This document shows, one piece after another, positions 29,299-37,705 of a DNA stretch of 64,000 nt. Position 1 is the first letter of the stretch. Every line of letters begins with the position of its first letter. The stretch is from Posidoniimonas corsicana (GTDB taxonomy: Bacteria; Planctomycetota; Planctomycetia; Pirellulales; Lacipirellulaceae). The position numbers and the translations under genes are program-made. The notes below the pieces were generated by a model, which saw only the letters and a program-made list of their open reading frames with translations, was not told the DNA's origin and searched no databases. Location of the stretch: NCBI RefSeq assembly GCF_007859765.1, contig NZ_SIHJ01000001.1, forward strand, positions 1,983,311-2,047,310, given 5' to 3'.

Positions 29299-29386
29299 GG
29301 AAGGTAGCCGGATACGGCTCGCCGGGCCGCACTGCTAATGCGGAGCCGCTTCGCGCGGCATGTGGGTTCGAATCCCACGCCTTCCG
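29299..29386 (+). tRNA. tRNA-Ser (GCT), class II.
   Basis: Acceptor ggaaggt/gccttcc. Anticodon arm ccgca-CTGCTAA-tgcgg. Variable hairpin gccgc-ttcgc-gcggc. T-arm gtggg-TTCGAAT-cccac. Confidence 0.65.
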
Positions 29387-29408
29387 CTCACATTGGCGAA
29401 TGAGGTTT

Positions 29409-29481
29409 GGCTCGATGGTGAAACGGACAATCATCCCTCGGTTCTAACGAGCGGTTCCAGATTCGAATCCTGGTCGAGCTG
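29409..29481 (+). tRNA. tRNA-Arg (TCT) with an unusual 9-nt T-loop (ATTCGAATC).
   Basis: Perfect acceptor ggctcga/tcgagct with one GU. Anticodon loop GTTCTAA. T-stem ccag/ctgg with an enlarged loop. Confidence 0.45.
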
Positions 29482-29492
29482 CTGAAGAAAAC

Positions 29493-29577
29493 GGAAGGGC
29501 AACCCGATTGGCGACGGGACCCGGTTGGAAGCCGGCTGAGCTTCATAGCCTTGAGGGTTCGACTCCCTCTCCTTCCG
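29493..29577 (+). tRNA. tRNA-Ser (GGA), class II.
   Basis: Acceptor ggaaggg/tctccttcc-type pairing. Anticodon arm ccgg-TTGGAAG-ccgg. Variable hairpin gct-tcat-agc. T-arm gaggg-TTCGACT-ccctc. Confidence 0.55.
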
Positions 29578-29612
29578 CTGCAACGATTCCACTGAAGAAA
29601 GGGAGACTAAAG

Positions 29613-30290
29613 ATGACCAACGATACCCTACAAGCATTCGAAGCACTTGGCGCCGAAGCTGCGATTGAGACGCGCGGAAATCGATTCGAAATCGACGTAC
29701 GTGAGATCTCTGGTGCAGAGGGATTCGCTCTGACTTACCCATGGTCGGACGTGATCACAACGGAAGTGATGGACATCAAGCCGCGGTTGCGTCACCTCGT
29801 GCTCGACGTGACGGGCTGGCGACTCCCGATCAGCGGACGCTACCTATGCGGCCACGATGAGCAGCACTGGTTCGTGGCTTCCTTGCCGTTTAATCGGCGG
29901 ACAGCGACGGTTCGTGGCGCAATGGAGGCCCTCAAGCCGGATATTGTGCGGCGTGAACAGCGACGCAAGGGTGTGAAGCACCGCCGCCACCGTCGGCGAA
30001 CCGCTGCGTACGTCCGGCAGGGCGAGTGGTTCTTCCTGCCGCGACCGAGCATGCACGTCGGTGACCTCGCAGAACGAAACGGACAGTTGGTGCGAGAGGG
30101 TGGCAAGCCCCACCGCGTCGAGTGGGTCTATCGCCCTGCAGGGCGCGACGAGACTTTCGTTCGCGGTGCGGTCTCACACCCGGACCACGAGACGATCCGT
30201 CTGCAAGCTTGGCACCGAGTCGTGCTGAACAACGAATCGACGCCAAGCGCTGAAGCTCAGCCATTCACCCGGATGGCTTACCTAGATTGA
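29613..30290 (+). CDS. Hypothetical protein (225 aa) embedded inside the tRNA array.
   Basis: ATG at 29613 preceded by a GGGAGA RBS. ORF MTNDTLQAFEALGAEAAIETRGNRFEID... No recognisable domain. Basic-rich central segment KHRRHRRR. Confidence 0.45.
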   Translation: MTNDTLQAFEALGAEAAIETRGNRFEIDVREISGAEGFALTYPWSDVITTEVMDIKPRLRHLVLDVTGWRLPISGRYLCGHDEQHWFVASLPFNRRTATVRGAMEALKPDIVRREQRRKGVKHRRHRRRTAAYVRQGEWFFLPRPSMHVGDLAERNGQLVREGGKPHRVEWVYRPAGRDETFVRGAVSHPDHETIRLQAWHRVVLNNESTPSAEAQPFTRMAYLD

Positions 30291-30324
30291 CCGTTGGGCC
30301 GTCGGCGACGGCGGTCCAACTTAT

Positions 30325-30398
30325 GGTGTCTGTGGTGTACACGGTACGCACGCCTGCCTGTGAAGCAGGAGGTACGGGTTCGATTCCCGTCGGATACC
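30325..30398 (+). tRNA. tRNA-His (GTG) with encoded G-1.
   Basis: Acceptor gtgtctg/cggatac. Extra 5' G opposite the C73 discriminator. Anticodon arm cctgc-CTGTGAA-gcagg. T-arm acggg-TTCGATT-cccgt. Confidence 0.65.
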
Positions 30399-30404
30399 CT
30401 CCAC

Positions 30405-30474
30405 GCGAGTGTGCTCCTGGGAGAGTAGTCAGCCTCCAAAACTGACGGACAGGGTTCGAATCCTTGCGCTCGTG
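30405..30474 (+). tRNA. Atypical tRNA-Trp(CCA)-like with an expanded 9-nt anticodon loop CCUCCAAAA and a 3-nt variable loop.
   Basis: Acceptor gcgagtg/cgctcgt with GU pairs. Anticodon stem gtcag/ctgac. T-arm caggg-TTCGAAT-ccttg. Confidence 0.35.
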
Positions 30475-30475
30475 C

Positions 30476-30545
30476 TTTGCCGAGGTGGCGGACCGCACGG
30501 GGCCCTCCTAAGGCCCAAGTCCTGGTTCGATTCCAGGTCGAGATG
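30476..30545 (+). tRNA. tRNA-Arg(CCT)-like. 5' half resembles Leu/Ser (gccgaggtggcgg) and the acceptor strands do not pair. Possible pseudogene or chimera.
   Basis: Anticodon arm gggcc-CTCCTAA-ggccc. T-arm cctgg-TTCGATT-ccagg. No complementary 5'/3' acceptor 7-mers found. Confidence 0.25.
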
Positions 30546-30553
30546 CTGACCAT

Positions 30554-30625
30554 GCCGTGTGGGTGTGCTGGATAGCATCGCAGTCTTCGAAACTGCGGGA
30601 CGGGGTTCGATTCCCTGACACGGTG
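30554..30625 (+). tRNA. tRNA-Arg (TCG).
   Basis: Perfect acceptor gccgtgt/acacggt. Anticodon arm gcagt-CTTCGAA-actgc. T-arm cgggg-TTCGATT-ccctg. Confidence 0.65.
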
Positions 30626-30630
30626 CTTGC

Positions 30631-30702
30631 AGCCTGTGAGTGTGTTGGATTGCACGCGACCCCGCGAAGGTCGTAGGCCAGGTTCGATTCCTGGGCGGGT
30701 TA
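30631..30702 (+). tRNA. Atypical tRNA-Arg-like with anticodon loop CCGCGAA (GCG, C33).
   Basis: Perfect acceptor agcctgt/gcgggtt with GU pairs. Anticodon arm cgacc-CCGCGAA-ggtcg. T-arm ccagg-TTCGATT-cctgg. Confidence 0.45.
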
Positions 30703-30726
30703 CTGCTGCTTCAATATGAAGACAAC

Positions 30727-30797
30727 GACGCTGGAGCCAGATGGCCAGGCAGCCGGTTGCAACCCGGTCAAAGTGGGTTCGACTCCCACCGGCGTCT
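30727..30797 (+). tRNA. tRNA-Cys (GCA).
   Basis: Perfect acceptor gacgctg/cggcgtc. Anticodon arm gccgg-TTGCAAC-ccggt. T-arm gtggg-TTCGACT-cccac. U73 discriminator as expected for Cys. Confidence 0.65.
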
Positions 30798-30907
30798 CTT
30801 TGTAAGCGAGGTTTGTCGTCGCTGGGCCAGCGGCGCCCTGCGCCCCGTTCAGACGGTTGGCTCAGTGTGTTCCGTGCATGGATTACTCGAAAGCGACACG
30901 TACCACC

Positions 30908-30981
30908 ATTAGGTTAGCTCAGTCAGGCAGAGCACCAGGCTGTTAACCTGGGAGTCACGGGTTCGAATCCCGTACCGCTAA
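30908..30981 (+). tRNA. Second tRNA-Asn(GTT)-like with imperfect acceptor pairing.
   Basis: Canonical D-arm tagctcagtcaggcagagc. Anticodon arm ccagg-CTGTTAA-cctgg. T-arm acggg-TTCGAAT-cccgt. Acceptor pairs only with a 2-nt bulge. Confidence 0.4.
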
Positions 30982-31448
30982 AAGCGCGGTGGCGTGAAAA
31001 CGCCTCACTAGAAGCCCGAGGGTGGCGGACGGCCGCTTGGTCGGCTGCGCGTTGCGGACTCACTCATGACAGGACTTCGGTCTTGTCAAAGTGTCGAGGC
31101 AGCGTAGCAGCAACGCGACTCGTCGCCTTGCAGCACGCAGATACCGCTTTCACGCGGCGCGGCATGCCAAGGGAAGAACAAGCCGATGGTCGCTCGCACG
31201 GACAGGTTCCGTGCAAGTCACCGCGGCGGACGCTCCCCAAAGCCGCCACGCTAACGACCGCTCAAGCGTGCTCCGCGTAGCGAACGCGTGACCAAGGGGA
31301 TCGTTTCGCCGCCCAAGGGTTTACTTTTACCAATCCATGAACCAATCGTTATCAATAGGCGTCTTCCACTTGCTGTACACGCTGTTAAAAAGCACGGGGC
31401 GGGTGGCCGGCCGCAACCACTTCTGGCCATAGAAAGGAGGCCTCCGAG

Positions 31449-32552
31449 ATGTTCTACAAGCGAATCAAGATCCGAAGCTACGAGGTAGGCCTCTACTTCC
31501 GTGACGGTGAGTTCAAGGGCCTGTTGACCGAAGGTCGGCACTGGCTAATGGGACCGTCCTGGAAGGTCCAGGTTGACGTCGTGTCACGCCGCGACCCGTG
31601 GCTGCAGCACGATGAACTCGACGCGATCGTTAAGAGCGGCGCGCTGACCGACGAGGCGGTTGTCGTTGACCTGAAGGACAACGACCGCGGTCTGGTCTGG
31701 ATCGAGGGCCGTTTCAGTCACATCCTGCCGCCGGGCCTGTACGCGTACTGGACTGGTCAGAAGGGCGTGCGTGTCGAAGTCGTCGACGCCAGTGAGGTCC
31801 GCTTCAAGCACGCCGAGCTGAAGCGCATCCTTGGCAGCCCGTACGCCGGTCAGGTGCTCGACATCTGCACGGTCGAGCGTAGCGCGGTCGGTGTTGTGTT
31901 CTACGACGGCGAGTACGTCGAGACGCTGCCGCCCGGTCAGTACGCGTACTGGCGCCGCACGGCCGATGCGAAGGTGGTTGAGGTCGACCTCCGCGAGCAG
32001 ACCTTGGACGTGGCGGGTCAGGAAATCATGACTGCCGACAAGGTCACGCTGCGGATGAACGCGGTCGTCACGTACCGCGTCGTCGACGCCCGCCAGGCGG
32101 TCACCGTGGCCGACGGCGCGAAGCAGTCGCTGTACCGCGAGGCGCAGCTGGCTCTGCGTGCGGTCGTCGCGACGCGCGACCTCGACGCGTTCCTGACGGA
32201 CAAGGACGCCGTCACGGACGAGTTCGCCGAGTCGGTCCGTCGCCGTTCGGGTGAGTTGGGTCTGGAGGTTGTTTCGGTAGGCGTCAGGGACGTCATCCTG
32301 CCGGGCGACATGAAGGACCTGCTCAACAAGGTCACGGAGGCCAAGAAGGCCGCCGAGGCGAACCTGATCTCGCGACGCGAGGAGACGGCCGCCATGCGGT
32401 CGCAGGCCAACACGGCCCGCCTGCTCGCCGACAACCCGACGCTGATGCGTCTCCGGGAACTGGAGGTCCTGGAGAAGGTCGCCACGGCCGGTGACCTGAA
32501 GGTTGTCCTCGGTGAGAAGGGACTCGCGGACCGCGTGGTCAACCTGCTGTAG
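31449..32552 (+). CDS. SPFH/band-7 (stomatin/prohibitin/slipin-like) domain protein.
   Basis: AGGAGG RBS. C-terminal half matches the band-7 signature (TADKVTLRMNAVVTYRVVDA ... RDVILPGDMKDLLNKVTEAKKAAEANLI ... coiled-coil tail). The N-terminal ~190 aa is an extra beta-rich region. Confidence 0.7.
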   Translation: MFYKRIKIRSYEVGLYFRDGEFKGLLTEGRHWLMGPSWKVQVDVVSRRDPWLQHDELDAIVKSGALTDEAVVVDLKDNDRGLVWIEGRFSHILPPGLYAYWTGQKGVRVEVVDASEVRFKHAELKRILGSPYAGQVLDICTVERSAVGVVFYDGEYVETLPPGQYAYWRRTADAKVVEVDLREQTLDVAGQEIMTADKVTLRMNAVVTYRVVDARQAVTVADGAKQSLYREAQLALRAVVATRDLDAFLTDKDAVTDEFAESVRRRSGELGLEVVSVGVRDVILPGDMKDLLNKVTEAKKAAEANLISRREETAAMRSQANTARLLADNPTLMRLRELEVLEKVATAGDLKVVLGEKGLADRVVNLL

Positions 32553-32559
32553 TGAACGA

Positions 32560-32589
32560 CCGGAGCCTGGGCGAAATCTCGGGCTCCGG
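32560..32589 (+). terminator. Candidate rho-independent terminator after the SPFH gene.
   Basis: 8-bp inverted repeat ccggagcc ... ggctccgg followed by the T-rich ttcaattctc. Confidence 0.35.
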
Positions 32590-32648
32590 TTCAATTCTCA
32601 CTGCCAGATAGTAGCTGAGCGAAGCGCCGGAATGTGAGTGTCAATGCG

Positions 32649-33353
32649 CTACGGCCTATCAGAATTGTCATGACCTTGACTACTTATCCACTTCAACATC
32701 TGCACTAATTGTCTGTCCTGAGATAATTCTGCAAGCATCAGCACGTCGGCTTCCGGCTTTCCTGCATCCAGTGAGGCGAGCAGGCAAGCACGAAATGAGC
32801 AAGGGTGCATAGTCGACGAATTCTTGTTGAGGTAATCTTCAAAAAGCCCAATCGAGCTATCGCCATTCCAAACTGCGAGACGCTGTGCGGCGAGCGGCAC
32901 AAATGAGCGTTGGATCGACGTTTCAAAACGTCCCTGAAAGATCTCGCGAGCGCGCAGGTGTTCCGTGCAGTCAACTCTTTCTTCTGGAAACATGCGGGCC
33001 CATGAGGGAACTGTCCATGTCTCGGAAGCGATCAACTGACTTGCGGTCTTGCCAAACCATTCGACGTGTTTTTTCCATTCAGTCGTTCTTCGAAGCAGAC
33101 TTGCTATAAGATCTGCCGAGTGATCGTATTCATCGAGATCGTCGCCGATCTTCTCGAGCAATCCGGCGGCGTACACGTCTGCGTGCGACCCCTGATGTCT
33201 TGCCAAGAAGCTAATCGTTGATCGCGGAGCTTCGTCCAAATCATCCAGGATGTCATCAACTGCCGACTTCTTCTCGATATCCGTCTCCTCATCCTCGCCT
33301 CCACTCGCGTACAGAAACACCTCCTCTGTGCCATCATGAGAGTCGACAAGCAT
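32649..33353 (-). CDS. Hypothetical acidic protein.
   Basis: 234 aa ORF with no recognisable motifs. Confidence 0.3.
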   Translation of the reverse strand: MLVDSHDGTEEVFLYASGGEDEETDIEKKSAVDDILDDLDEAPRSTISFLARHQGSHADVYAAGLLEKIGDDLDEYDHSADLIASLLRRTTEWKKHVEWFGKTASQLIASETWTVPSWARMFPEERVDCTEHLRAREIFQGRFETSIQRSFVPLAAQRLAVWNGDSSIGLFEDYLNKNSSTMHPCSFRACLLASLDAGKPEADVLMLAELSQDRQLVQMLKWISSQGHDNSDRP

Positions 33354-33369
33354 AGTCTTCTGAGGATTC

Positions 33370-34990
33370 AGCCCCGACGACCTCGAGGTTATGAGACTAT
33401 TTCTAACCGACCGCGGAACTGCCCATTTCTCGGTAAAACCAGGGGAAAACCTGCTCTCGCATCAAGTGAGAGTCTATCAAACCCTATCAAGGATTGTCAG
33501 GTATTTCGGTACAGGCGGCCTTAAAACGGTACAAGCGGTACGCGGAGTCAGACCCAAGCTTGGTTACTCCGGCCGTTGCGATTTCTTTGAAAGCCATACC
33601 TGGAATGATGCTTGAGGCCAGCGTCATTGCTGCGAGAATCAAGCGACATCAGGGGTTCGGAAAGATTGTCAGCCCTGTTTCCCGGAGAAAAACGCCAGGA
33701 CGGTTGCTTGATGAAGGGTTGGTTTACCCCGCTGTTGTTCCTGTTGGCGCGTTCAAAGGAAGACCAACTCAGGCGGCAGATCCTATTCTTGAAAGCGGAG
33801 CTTGAGATGACTCGGGCGCGCGTCCCCCAAAGCCGGATCTTCCTCTCGAATGAGGAGAGAGAGCGGCTGTTGGAGCTGGGCGACGGCATCGGCTCGGACG
33901 TGCTGAAGCTGGTTTCGATTGTGCACCCCCGAACGTACCAGCGCTGGCGTGAGCGGAAAAGCCAAGGGCAGCCTCCCGCCAAGAAGATGGGCCGCAAGGG
34001 CACTCCAGAGAGCCTGCGGCAGATCGTTGTTCGACTTGCCACCCAAGCTGGCTGGGGCTACGGTCGGATTGTTGGCGAGCTCAAAAAGCTTCGCATCCAG
34101 TGCGTTGGTCGCACGACGGTCCGGACGATCCTCAAGGAAGAGGGCGTCTTGCCCAGCCCGAAGCGGGGCAGGGGGACGTGGGACGAGTTCATCAAGATCC
34201 ACGCTCACACGCTTTGGCAGTGCGACTTCTTCTCGAAGATGGTCCTGGCGAAGACCGGGTTAACGCAGGCCTACGCGCTGGTGTTTTTGCACGTCAAATC
34301 GAGGCGAGTCATCTGCTCGCCCGCCACTTTCAAGGCGGACGACCAATGGATGGTCCAGCAGGCCGAATCGATGCTGGAGCAAGCCAAGGGAATGGAGTTG
34401 CCCGTTGCCTACCTCGTGCGTGATCAGGACTTCAAGTACAGCAAGCGGTTCGACCGAGTCTTCTCAGACGCAGGCGTTGCCGTTGAGCCAACCGCTCCTC
34501 GGGCTCCGAATCAAAATGCATTCGTGGAGCGTTGGATCCAGAGCGTGAAGTATGAATGCCTGAATCGCTTCATCGCCTGCGGCTTCAATCACCTTGATTA
34601 CTTGGTTTCTGAATTCGTGGACTATTATCACGAACTACGCCCTCATCAGCGCAAGGACAACAAGCCGCTTCTTGGGGTCTGGTCGGATACGGATGACCCT
34701 CCGAGCAGCGGAGACGAAGTGGTCTGCCGAGAGCGGCTCGGCGGGGTCTTGAAGTGCTACGAAAGGAAAGCCGTCTGACGAAGCTGCTGAGGCAACTCGA
34801 CTAGCCGGGCGCGAGAATTCGCGACCCGACTCCATGCGCCGTTGATAGATCGGAGCGATTCGTGACAATTGACGTCACGCCAAGAGCCGTTCAACGCAGC
34901 TCCCGACCCTGAATCAACGGGCTGGCTCGTTGGACAACCTTCTTGAACACGACGCACCCCGCTGACCAGCTCCCGCCAATCGAGGCACGC
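33370..34990 (+). mobile_element. IS481-family insertion sequence, copy A (boundaries approximate).
   Basis: Flanking non-coding segments (~33370-33611 and ~34779-34990) are homologous to those around the second copy at 48233-49860, including a shared ...acaacctt(c/g)ttgaacacgacgc right-end segment. Confidence 0.55.
33612..34778 (+). CDS. IS481-family transposase (HTH + rve/DDE integrase core).
   Basis: WQCDFF..., VRDQDFKYSKRFD and FVERWIQSVKYECL motifs of the rve DDE catalytic core. About 85-90% identical to the ORF at 48482-49648. Alternative start at MKGWF (33711). Confidence 0.75.
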   Translation: MRPASLLRESSDIRGSERLSALFPGEKRQDGCLMKGWFTPLLFLLARSKEDQLRRQILFLKAELEMTRARVPQSRIFLSNEERERLLELGDGIGSDVLKLVSIVHPRTYQRWRERKSQGQPPAKKMGRKGTPESLRQIVVRLATQAGWGYGRIVGELKKLRIQCVGRTTVRTILKEEGVLPSPKRGRGTWDEFIKIHAHTLWQCDFFSKMVLAKTGLTQAYALVFLHVKSRRVICSPATFKADDQWMVQQAESMLEQAKGMELPVAYLVRDQDFKYSKRFDRVFSDAGVAVEPTAPRAPNQNAFVERWIQSVKYECLNRFIACGFNHLDYLVSEFVDYYHELRPHQRKDNKPLLGVWSDTDDPPSSGDEVVCRERLGGVLKCYERKAV

Positions 34991-35031
34991 AAAAGGCACC
35001 CAACGTAACCCCTTCGACCTAGGAGAGAACC

Positions 35032-35373
35032 ATGCCCAAAGAGCCCTCCAGAGATGCCCGCTGGTCACTTGAAAAAAGGGTTCACGAGGAGATCCTGATT
35101 GCCTTACCTGATGTGCCCGAATGGCTCCCCAGCCGGCGGGGACGGAAGGTGCACAAGTCGACGATCTACCGATGGGTGCAGCGCGGCGTCCGTGGAAAAG
35201 TACTCGAATCCTATGAGATCGGTGGCGTCCGGTACACTAGCGTCGAAGCGCTGCAGCGGTTCATGGGCACGGGGCCGGCTGACCCTATGGAGCATCGCCG
35301 ATCGGCTGTGTTGCGCAACGCTCTCGCGGCGCGCGGTCTGCTGGGCAGGGACGCCAACAAAAGGCAGTCCTAG
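35032..35373 (+). CDS. Small HTH DNA-binding protein, excisionase/AlpA-like.
   Basis: RBS GGAGAG. KSTIYRWVQRGVRG helix-turn-helix-like segment. Located in a mobile-element context. Confidence 0.35.
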   Translation: MPKEPSRDARWSLEKRVHEEILIALPDVPEWLPSRRGRKVHKSTIYRWVQRGVRGKVLESYEIGGVRYTSVEALQRFMGTGPADPMEHRRSAVLRNALAARGLLGRDANKRQS

Positions 35374-35724
35374 CTGGCTGCGCCAGGGTGTTCGCGTTCG
35401 CGGGCAGGTCCGAAGCGGCATGCATGGCGATGGACGCGACATTCGCGGCGAACTGCTGCGAAAGCCGGAGCTCCGTGGTCATAACGATTGCACAGCCTCG
35501 GAGGTCTTGAACACCTCGTCGGATTGGTGCAGCGCTAGGTCGGGGCGAGTGGTCCAACCTCGGCACCCTGCCTGATTCGATGCATCCTTAGTTGCGGTCC
35601 GCAATCGGGATTCAAGCACTACCGTTCGGCGATCCGCTTGTGCTCCGCGAGGAATCACGGTAGTGGTTCACTTTGAAATCTAGCCGCCCGTCGCAGAACG
35701 GGACGCCCCTGCTAGAATGGGGGC

Positions 35725-36063
35725 ATGGCACGAGACAAGCAACACAATCCCGACCCCAACGAGAACGCGTCCCGCATTGTGGCCGAGTCTGTCGGGGATT
35801 CTGACGCCCTGCCGGCAGACGCGGAGGCAGCGTGGCAGGAGTGGTCCGCCCAGATTCAGAATGTGGACGAACGCGGCATGACGCTGCTTCGGGCGGCGTT
35901 TGAGGCGGGGCATGATGCGGCGGCCCAGGGGGCAGCGGCGTCGCTCGGGCGGGCTGGCGGGCTTAAGGGCGGCAAGGCACGCGCGGAAAGCCTAAGCGCC
36001 ACCAAAAGATCTGAGATTGCCAGGAAGGCCGCCGCGGCACGATGGAACACGGACAATCGCTAG
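35725..36063 (+). CDS. Hypothetical protein with a KGG/basic C-terminal tail (GGLKGGKARAESLSATKRSEIARKAAAARW).
   Basis: ORF only. The C-terminal motif recurs in small stress/nucleoid-type proteins, but the assignment is uncertain. Confidence 0.3.
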   Translation: MARDKQHNPDPNENASRIVAESVGDSDALPADAEAAWQEWSAQIQNVDERGMTLLRAAFEAGHDAAAQGAAASLGRAGGLKGGKARAESLSATKRSEIARKAAAARWNTDNR

Positions 36064-36569
36064 CGAGGTTGTGGGGGGCGATAGTCCCCGGAGAACTTGC
36101 CCTCCTCCACATCATCAGTGAAATCAAAGACCATCTGAATAGGCAGCTCGTCGGCGTGCTTGCAGTTGTAGTACTCGACATCGCGGTCTAGCTGGCGGCA
36201 ATCGCCTACGATCTGCTCCCGCCTCTGGTTAAATGCGCGTTCCATAAAGGAGCGCGGGGCGGTTTGAATGTCAGCCCACAAGTGCTGCTGAACATCACCC
36301 CTGGTGTATCTGGCGACATGCTTCGCCCGTACGGGCTTGCCGTCGTCATCCTTGATATACTGCTCCCGCATTGCGTCCGCGAAGTCTTCCCTGCACTTTC
36401 GCAGAACCAAGTCGGCCGGCGGCTCCCAGTGCCCGTGTGACAACGCCCACGCAGCAATCTCCTTGGCGGTGGCGGTTTCTTGGCCCGCCTCCGCAAAGTA
36501 GCGATCAGCAAGTTCCTGCAACTGCTCGCTATAGCTCCTTGAGGCGGCGCGGTGCTTGGTAGTGCTCAT
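36060..36569 (-). CDS. Hypothetical protein.
   Basis: 169 aa ORF whose stop overlaps the downstream gene. No recognisable domain. Confidence 0.3.
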   Translation of the reverse strand: MSTTKHRAASRSYSEQLQELADRYFAEAGQETATAKEIAAWALSHGHWEPPADLVLRKCREDFADAMREQYIKDDDGKPVRAKHVARYTRGDVQQHLWADIQTAPRSFMERAFNQRREQIVGDCRQLDRDVEYYNCKHADELPIQMVFDFTDDVEEGKFSGDYRPPQPR

Positions 36570-36571
36570 AA

Positions 36572-37687
36572 TTAGTGCTCCAGTGCAATGAAGTCTCCCC
36601 AGCCCTCAGTAAGTGCTTGACCTTTAATATGTGACGCAACCTTTTCATTCAGCTTCGTAAGCTGGTAGTGCTTAATTACGTCACGATGCCGAAGCTGCCC
36701 TGCCACGATATGTGGGTGAATGCCCTGCGACCTCGCGAACTGAACCACTCGGGTCATCTGAAATCCCGGTCCGCATCTCCGTATGAATGATTCCAGCTTT
36801 TCTGGCGCAACCAGCGTGGCAGATGCTTCGCTATTGGCCGTTACTTCAATATCGTCCAAGCCCTCCTTGGGGCCGATCTCTTCATCTACGGGGCTGGCAT
36901 GTTTGTGCTTGATGTGTACTAGCTCATGCAGCAGCGAGAACCAGAAGTTGTCTAGGCGGTCGTATCGCAGCGACAACCCAACTACTGGAGAGTCGTCGTC
37001 AAGCCACATGGCGACTCCATCGATCTTGCTTCGCTGAATATGCTGAAGCAGCACGAATCTAATACCCATGTCAGCCAGAACCCTAGGAACGCGCCTAGCA
37101 TCTTCGGCATTTGCAGCGAGCTTCAGGAGGTCTTCAACTCCCGGCGCCCAGTTGGAGTCGCTGTACTTACCTTCAACGGGCGCTGCGGGGGCGACCTTCT
37201 TGATACGGTAGTACCACGCTAGCTGAGCGGGATTATTGAATGTGTAGTCGTCGGACTTTCGCGCAGCAACGCACAACTTGGGCCGCTCGCTTAAATCTCC
37301 GATCTCCAAGAACGAGCATACGGCGTCTTCGAGTTTTTCGGTCGAGCACTTCTTTGGCAGCCAATTGCGTCGTCGCATCTCGCGAATGGGTAGCATTTCG
37401 TGGAGGCGCGCTAACTTCCTGATCTCACGTTCTTCTACTGCTGCATTGGCCAACTCAAATGCGACTTGAAAGTTCATCCAAGTTGCTGGCTCTTGGTCGA
37501 AAGCCGCCGCGATCGCTTTCGCAGACTCGGGGGTAACGCCAGACTTGCCCTTTACGATGTTCGCAATCTGCCGGCGAGTGATCCCGGTAACCTCGCTAAG
37601 GTCTTCGTGAGTCCAGCCTCTAGCGTCCAACTCGTCCTGTAGGTATTCGCCAGGAGGAATTGGTTCTGCGGGTACGAAAGTATCCAT
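36572..37687 (-). CDS. XRE-family HTH regulator fused to an ImmA/IrrE-type zinc metallopeptidase domain.
   Basis: N-terminal TGITRRQIANIVKGKSGVTPESAKAIAAAF (cro/CI-type HTH). HEXXH motif LLHELVHIKHKH in the C-terminal half, typical of COG2856 ImmA/IrrE peptidases. Confidence 0.7.
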   Translation of the reverse strand: MDTFVPAEPIPPGEYLQDELDARGWTHEDLSEVTGITRRQIANIVKGKSGVTPESAKAIAAAFDQEPATWMNFQVAFELANAAVEEREIRKLARLHEMLPIREMRRRNWLPKKCSTEKLEDAVCSFLEIGDLSERPKLCVAARKSDDYTFNNPAQLAWYYRIKKVAPAAPVEGKYSDSNWAPGVEDLLKLAANAEDARRVPRVLADMGIRFVLLQHIQRSKIDGVAMWLDDDSPVVGLSLRYDRLDNFWFSLLHELVHIKHKHASPVDEEIGPKEGLDDIEVTANSEASATLVAPEKLESFIRRCGPGFQMTRVVQFARSQGIHPHIVAGQLRHRDVIKHYQLTKLNEKVASHIKGQALTEGWGDFIALEH

Positions 37688-37705
37688 CAGTCCCTCCTTG
37701 TTGTG

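Noticed and set aside
30800-30907. About 110-nt spacer between tRNA-Cys and the last tRNA-Asn, containing small hairpins (ggcgc-cct-gcgcc, gctgg-gccagc).
   Set aside because: There is no T-loop or acceptor pairing and it is too short for a tRNA. Possibly a processing or terminator structure, but there is nothing firm.
26444-30981. The recurring GGTTCGATTCC-like 11-mer at about 80-nt spacing could be mistaken for a CRISPR or other interspersed repeat.
   Set aside because: Each copy sits in a T-arm context with complementary acceptor strands and anticodon arms, and the spacing equals tRNA length. There are no conserved 28-37 nt direct repeats and no cas genes.
33548-34208. ORFs 33548-34042 and 33783-34208 (minus strand) and 48346-48873 (minus strand) overlapping the IS481 transposase genes.
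   Set aside because: They are antisense to well-supported transposase ORFs. Their duplication simply reflects the duplicated IS.
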